Below are positions 35,889 through 37,346 of a DNA stretch of 37,346 bases, piece by piece. Below the pieces are notes generated by a model. That model worked only from the letters and a program-made list of their open reading frames with translations. It searched no databases and was not told where the DNA came from. The first letter of the stretch is position 1. Each line of letters starts with the position of its first letter. Source of the DNA: an uncultured archaeon. GTDB taxonomy: Archaea > Iainarchaeota > Iainarchaeia > Iainarchaeales > DTGL01. The stretch covers positions 1 through 37,346 of the forward strand of contig CAZKED010000010.1 of the NCBI GenBank assembly GCA_964551725.1, read 5' to 3'. The position numbers and the translations under genes were made by a program.

Positions 35889-36965
35889 CTACCTTTTCTT
35901 CCAGAGCAGTTCGCTGAAGTTCACTTTTTTGCGCCTGCCGCCCTTTTTCTCCGGAACACTACCCTCTTCCCCCTTGAAAGCCCATTTTCCCTGGAATATC
36001 TCCTCGTCGCTTCCCTCAGACTCGGGTTCGGGCTCGGCTTCGCCTGCCTCGAACACCGCGCCTTCGTCCTCACCGGAACCGAACGTTTCGCCCGAATCTT
36101 CAAACAACGGGGACTCGGAACGCCTTCTCACGAGGAGTATTATAATCACTATCACTATTACGGCTACAATGAGTCCTATTGCCGGAATGTTCTCGGGCGC
36201 GGTAACAAAGGAAACAAGACCGGCGGCATCCACGCTCTGCTTTTCCTCCAGGAGAGGCGGGTTAAGCTGCATGTCCAGCGCGTTAACGCGCTCGGAAAGG
36301 GAGTTAATGCTTGCCCTCGTTTCCTCGTCAATTTCCTCCGTTTCGGCGAGCCTTGAGTTAAGCGCGGACAGGTCGGAACTCAAAGCGGAAACCGTGGATT
36401 TAAGGGAGGAAATTTCAGCGCCATTCCCTGAAAGCGCGTTTTCCAGCGAGGCAACCAATTCGTTCAGTCCCGAGAGAGAGGAGGAAAATTCATCGAAAGA
36501 ACTCTTGAGCTCTTTCCCCGAGTTTTTCAGGACCTCGACGTCGGCTTTAATTTCGTCCAGTGCCTCGAAAGCCTGCTCCGCGGTCTCGGCGCTTGTTGCC
36601 TCGAAGGCGGAGAATTCCCATTCCTCCGATTCTTTGACTGAAGAATTCTCCCTTGTTTTTGCTTCGAGTACGTGGGAACCCTTTTCCACTCCCCGCAGCG
36701 AAACAAACAATTGCTTGTTTCCGAGAACGTGCTCTATTACGCGGCTTTCGTCCTTGAACGCAACCCTGTACGCTTCAAGCTCCAGTACCTGCTTTCCGTC
36801 GAGAAACAGGGCAATAGAATCAAAATCCACGTCCTCGAGCGTTATGGAAACAGACCAGTCAACGTTTGCGGGAACGCTCTCCGGTGCAACAATTTCAAGA
36901 GCATTCGCGCTTGAAAACAAAAAAACAATTGAAACAAAAACCAAGGCAAAAAAGGCTTTCTTCAT
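35889..36965 (-). CDS. Membrane-anchored protein: signal peptide, Ig-like domain, coiled coil, TM, acidic tail
   Basis: MKKAFF...ANA signal; heptad L..L..L repeats; TM followed by RRR; E/G-rich C-terminus. Confidence 0.8.
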   Translation of the reverse strand: MKKAFFALVFVSIVFLFSSANALEIVAPESVPANVDWSVSITLEDVDFDSIALFLDGKQVLELEAYRVAFKDESRVIEHVLGNKQLFVSLRGVEKGSHVLEAKTRENSSVKESEEWEFSAFEATSAETAEQAFEALDEIKADVEVLKNSGKELKSSFDEFSSSLSGLNELVASLENALSGNGAEISSLKSTVSALSSDLSALNSRLAETEEIDEETRASINSLSERVNALDMQLNPPLLEEKQSVDAAGLVSFVTAPENIPAIGLIVAVIVIVIIILLVRRRSESPLFEDSGETFGSGEDEGAVFEAGEAEPEPESEGSDEEIFQGKWAFKGEEGSVPEKKGGRRKKVNFSELLWKKR

Positions 36966-37060
36966 TAACTTCCCTCACAAAATTAAAAACCCAAAGGGCT
37001 GTAAGAAATAGTGCAAAAGAGTATTTAAAGATTGTGTTAATTGCACGCCTAGCGGGCAAT

Positions 37061-37345
37061 CTACTTTACGCAGATATACTGGTAGAAGTCAGCGCAGGGG
37101 TCGAAGCCCCTCTTGAAATCAGAGAAATTTTCAATCCGCGAGAACCCCGCTTCCCTGAGCAGTTGCATCAGCTCTCCGCGCTGGAAGGGGTGCAAAACCA
37201 GATAGCCCTTTTTTCCAGTGCCCTTGTGCCTGTACTCCATTCTCACTTTGTCCTTTGAAATTTCCACGGGCCTGCCGCAGACTTTTTTGCCGCAGTAAAC
37301 GTATTTCTCTTTATAGCGGAATTTTCCCTGCTTGACGATCTCCTC
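37061..37345 (-). CDS. C-terminal part of a SAM-dependent methyltransferase, glycine/sarcosine N-methyltransferase-like (5' end outside window)
   Basis: Frame stays open to the window edge: ...KYVYCGKKV...P.EIS...VRMEY...LVLHPF.R......LREAGF..I....DFK......DFY.Y..K, resembling the recalled GSMT C-terminus (YYCG.V..YP, FPL, EVGF, GDF, DFF.H..K). Confidence 0.6.
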   Translation of the reverse strand, partial: EEIVKQGKFRYKEKYVYCGKKVCGRPVEISKDKVRMEYRHKGTGKKGYLVLHPFQRGELMQLLREAGFSRIENFSDFKRGFDPCADFYQYICVK

Positions 37346-37346
37346 G

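Noticed and set aside
35929-37011. 360-aa plus-strand ORF (likewise 5447..6217, 3153..3836, 7182..7832, 21275..22108, 27884..28489)
   Set aside because: Antisense shadows of well-supported genes, with no motifs or RBS.

Overview
Archaeal chromosomal window with TTTAAATA-type TATA boxes, GGAGGTGA ribosome-binding sites, TrmB/Lrp/NikR regulators and a COG1361 S-layer-family gene. The gene style is consistent with a DPANN lineage such as Ca. Iainarchaeota/Diapherotrites (inference, not proven). In order it carries: a chain of tiny leftward ORFs; divergent TrmB and Lrp/AsnC regulators; a DUF1015-aminotransferase V-serA serine operon; a degenerate MetF-like gene; an encapsulated-ferritin-type protein divergent from a DUF318 permease; an Arg-rich orphan; rdgB; a lipoprotein/Ca2+ P-type ATPase/pyk/nitroreductase/DUF1405 run; a 35-aa poly-lysine gene absent from the ORF track; a COG1361 + LolCDE/MacB-like ABC cluster preceded by two surface proteins sharing a PETHP C-terminal sorting-like signal; pncA/pncB; nikR divergent from two small paralogous membrane proteins with a NikR-type palindrome between them; tRNA-Leu(TAG); an osmoadaptation-like block (Kef, ArsR, CBS, TreT, GT4-HAD fusion); an aldehyde dehydrogenase, DUF6485, a thioredoxin-CcdA fusion, a coiled-coil membrane protein and the 3' end of a probable glycine/sarcosine N-methyltransferase. 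Best candidates for new biology: the NikR-linked two-subunit membrane pair (possible new Ni/Co transporter), the PETHP-CTERM surface system, the poly-Lys microprotein and the GT4-HAD fusion. No integrase, transposase or CRISPR array was seen. Family calls come from recognised motifs only; no database search was run.
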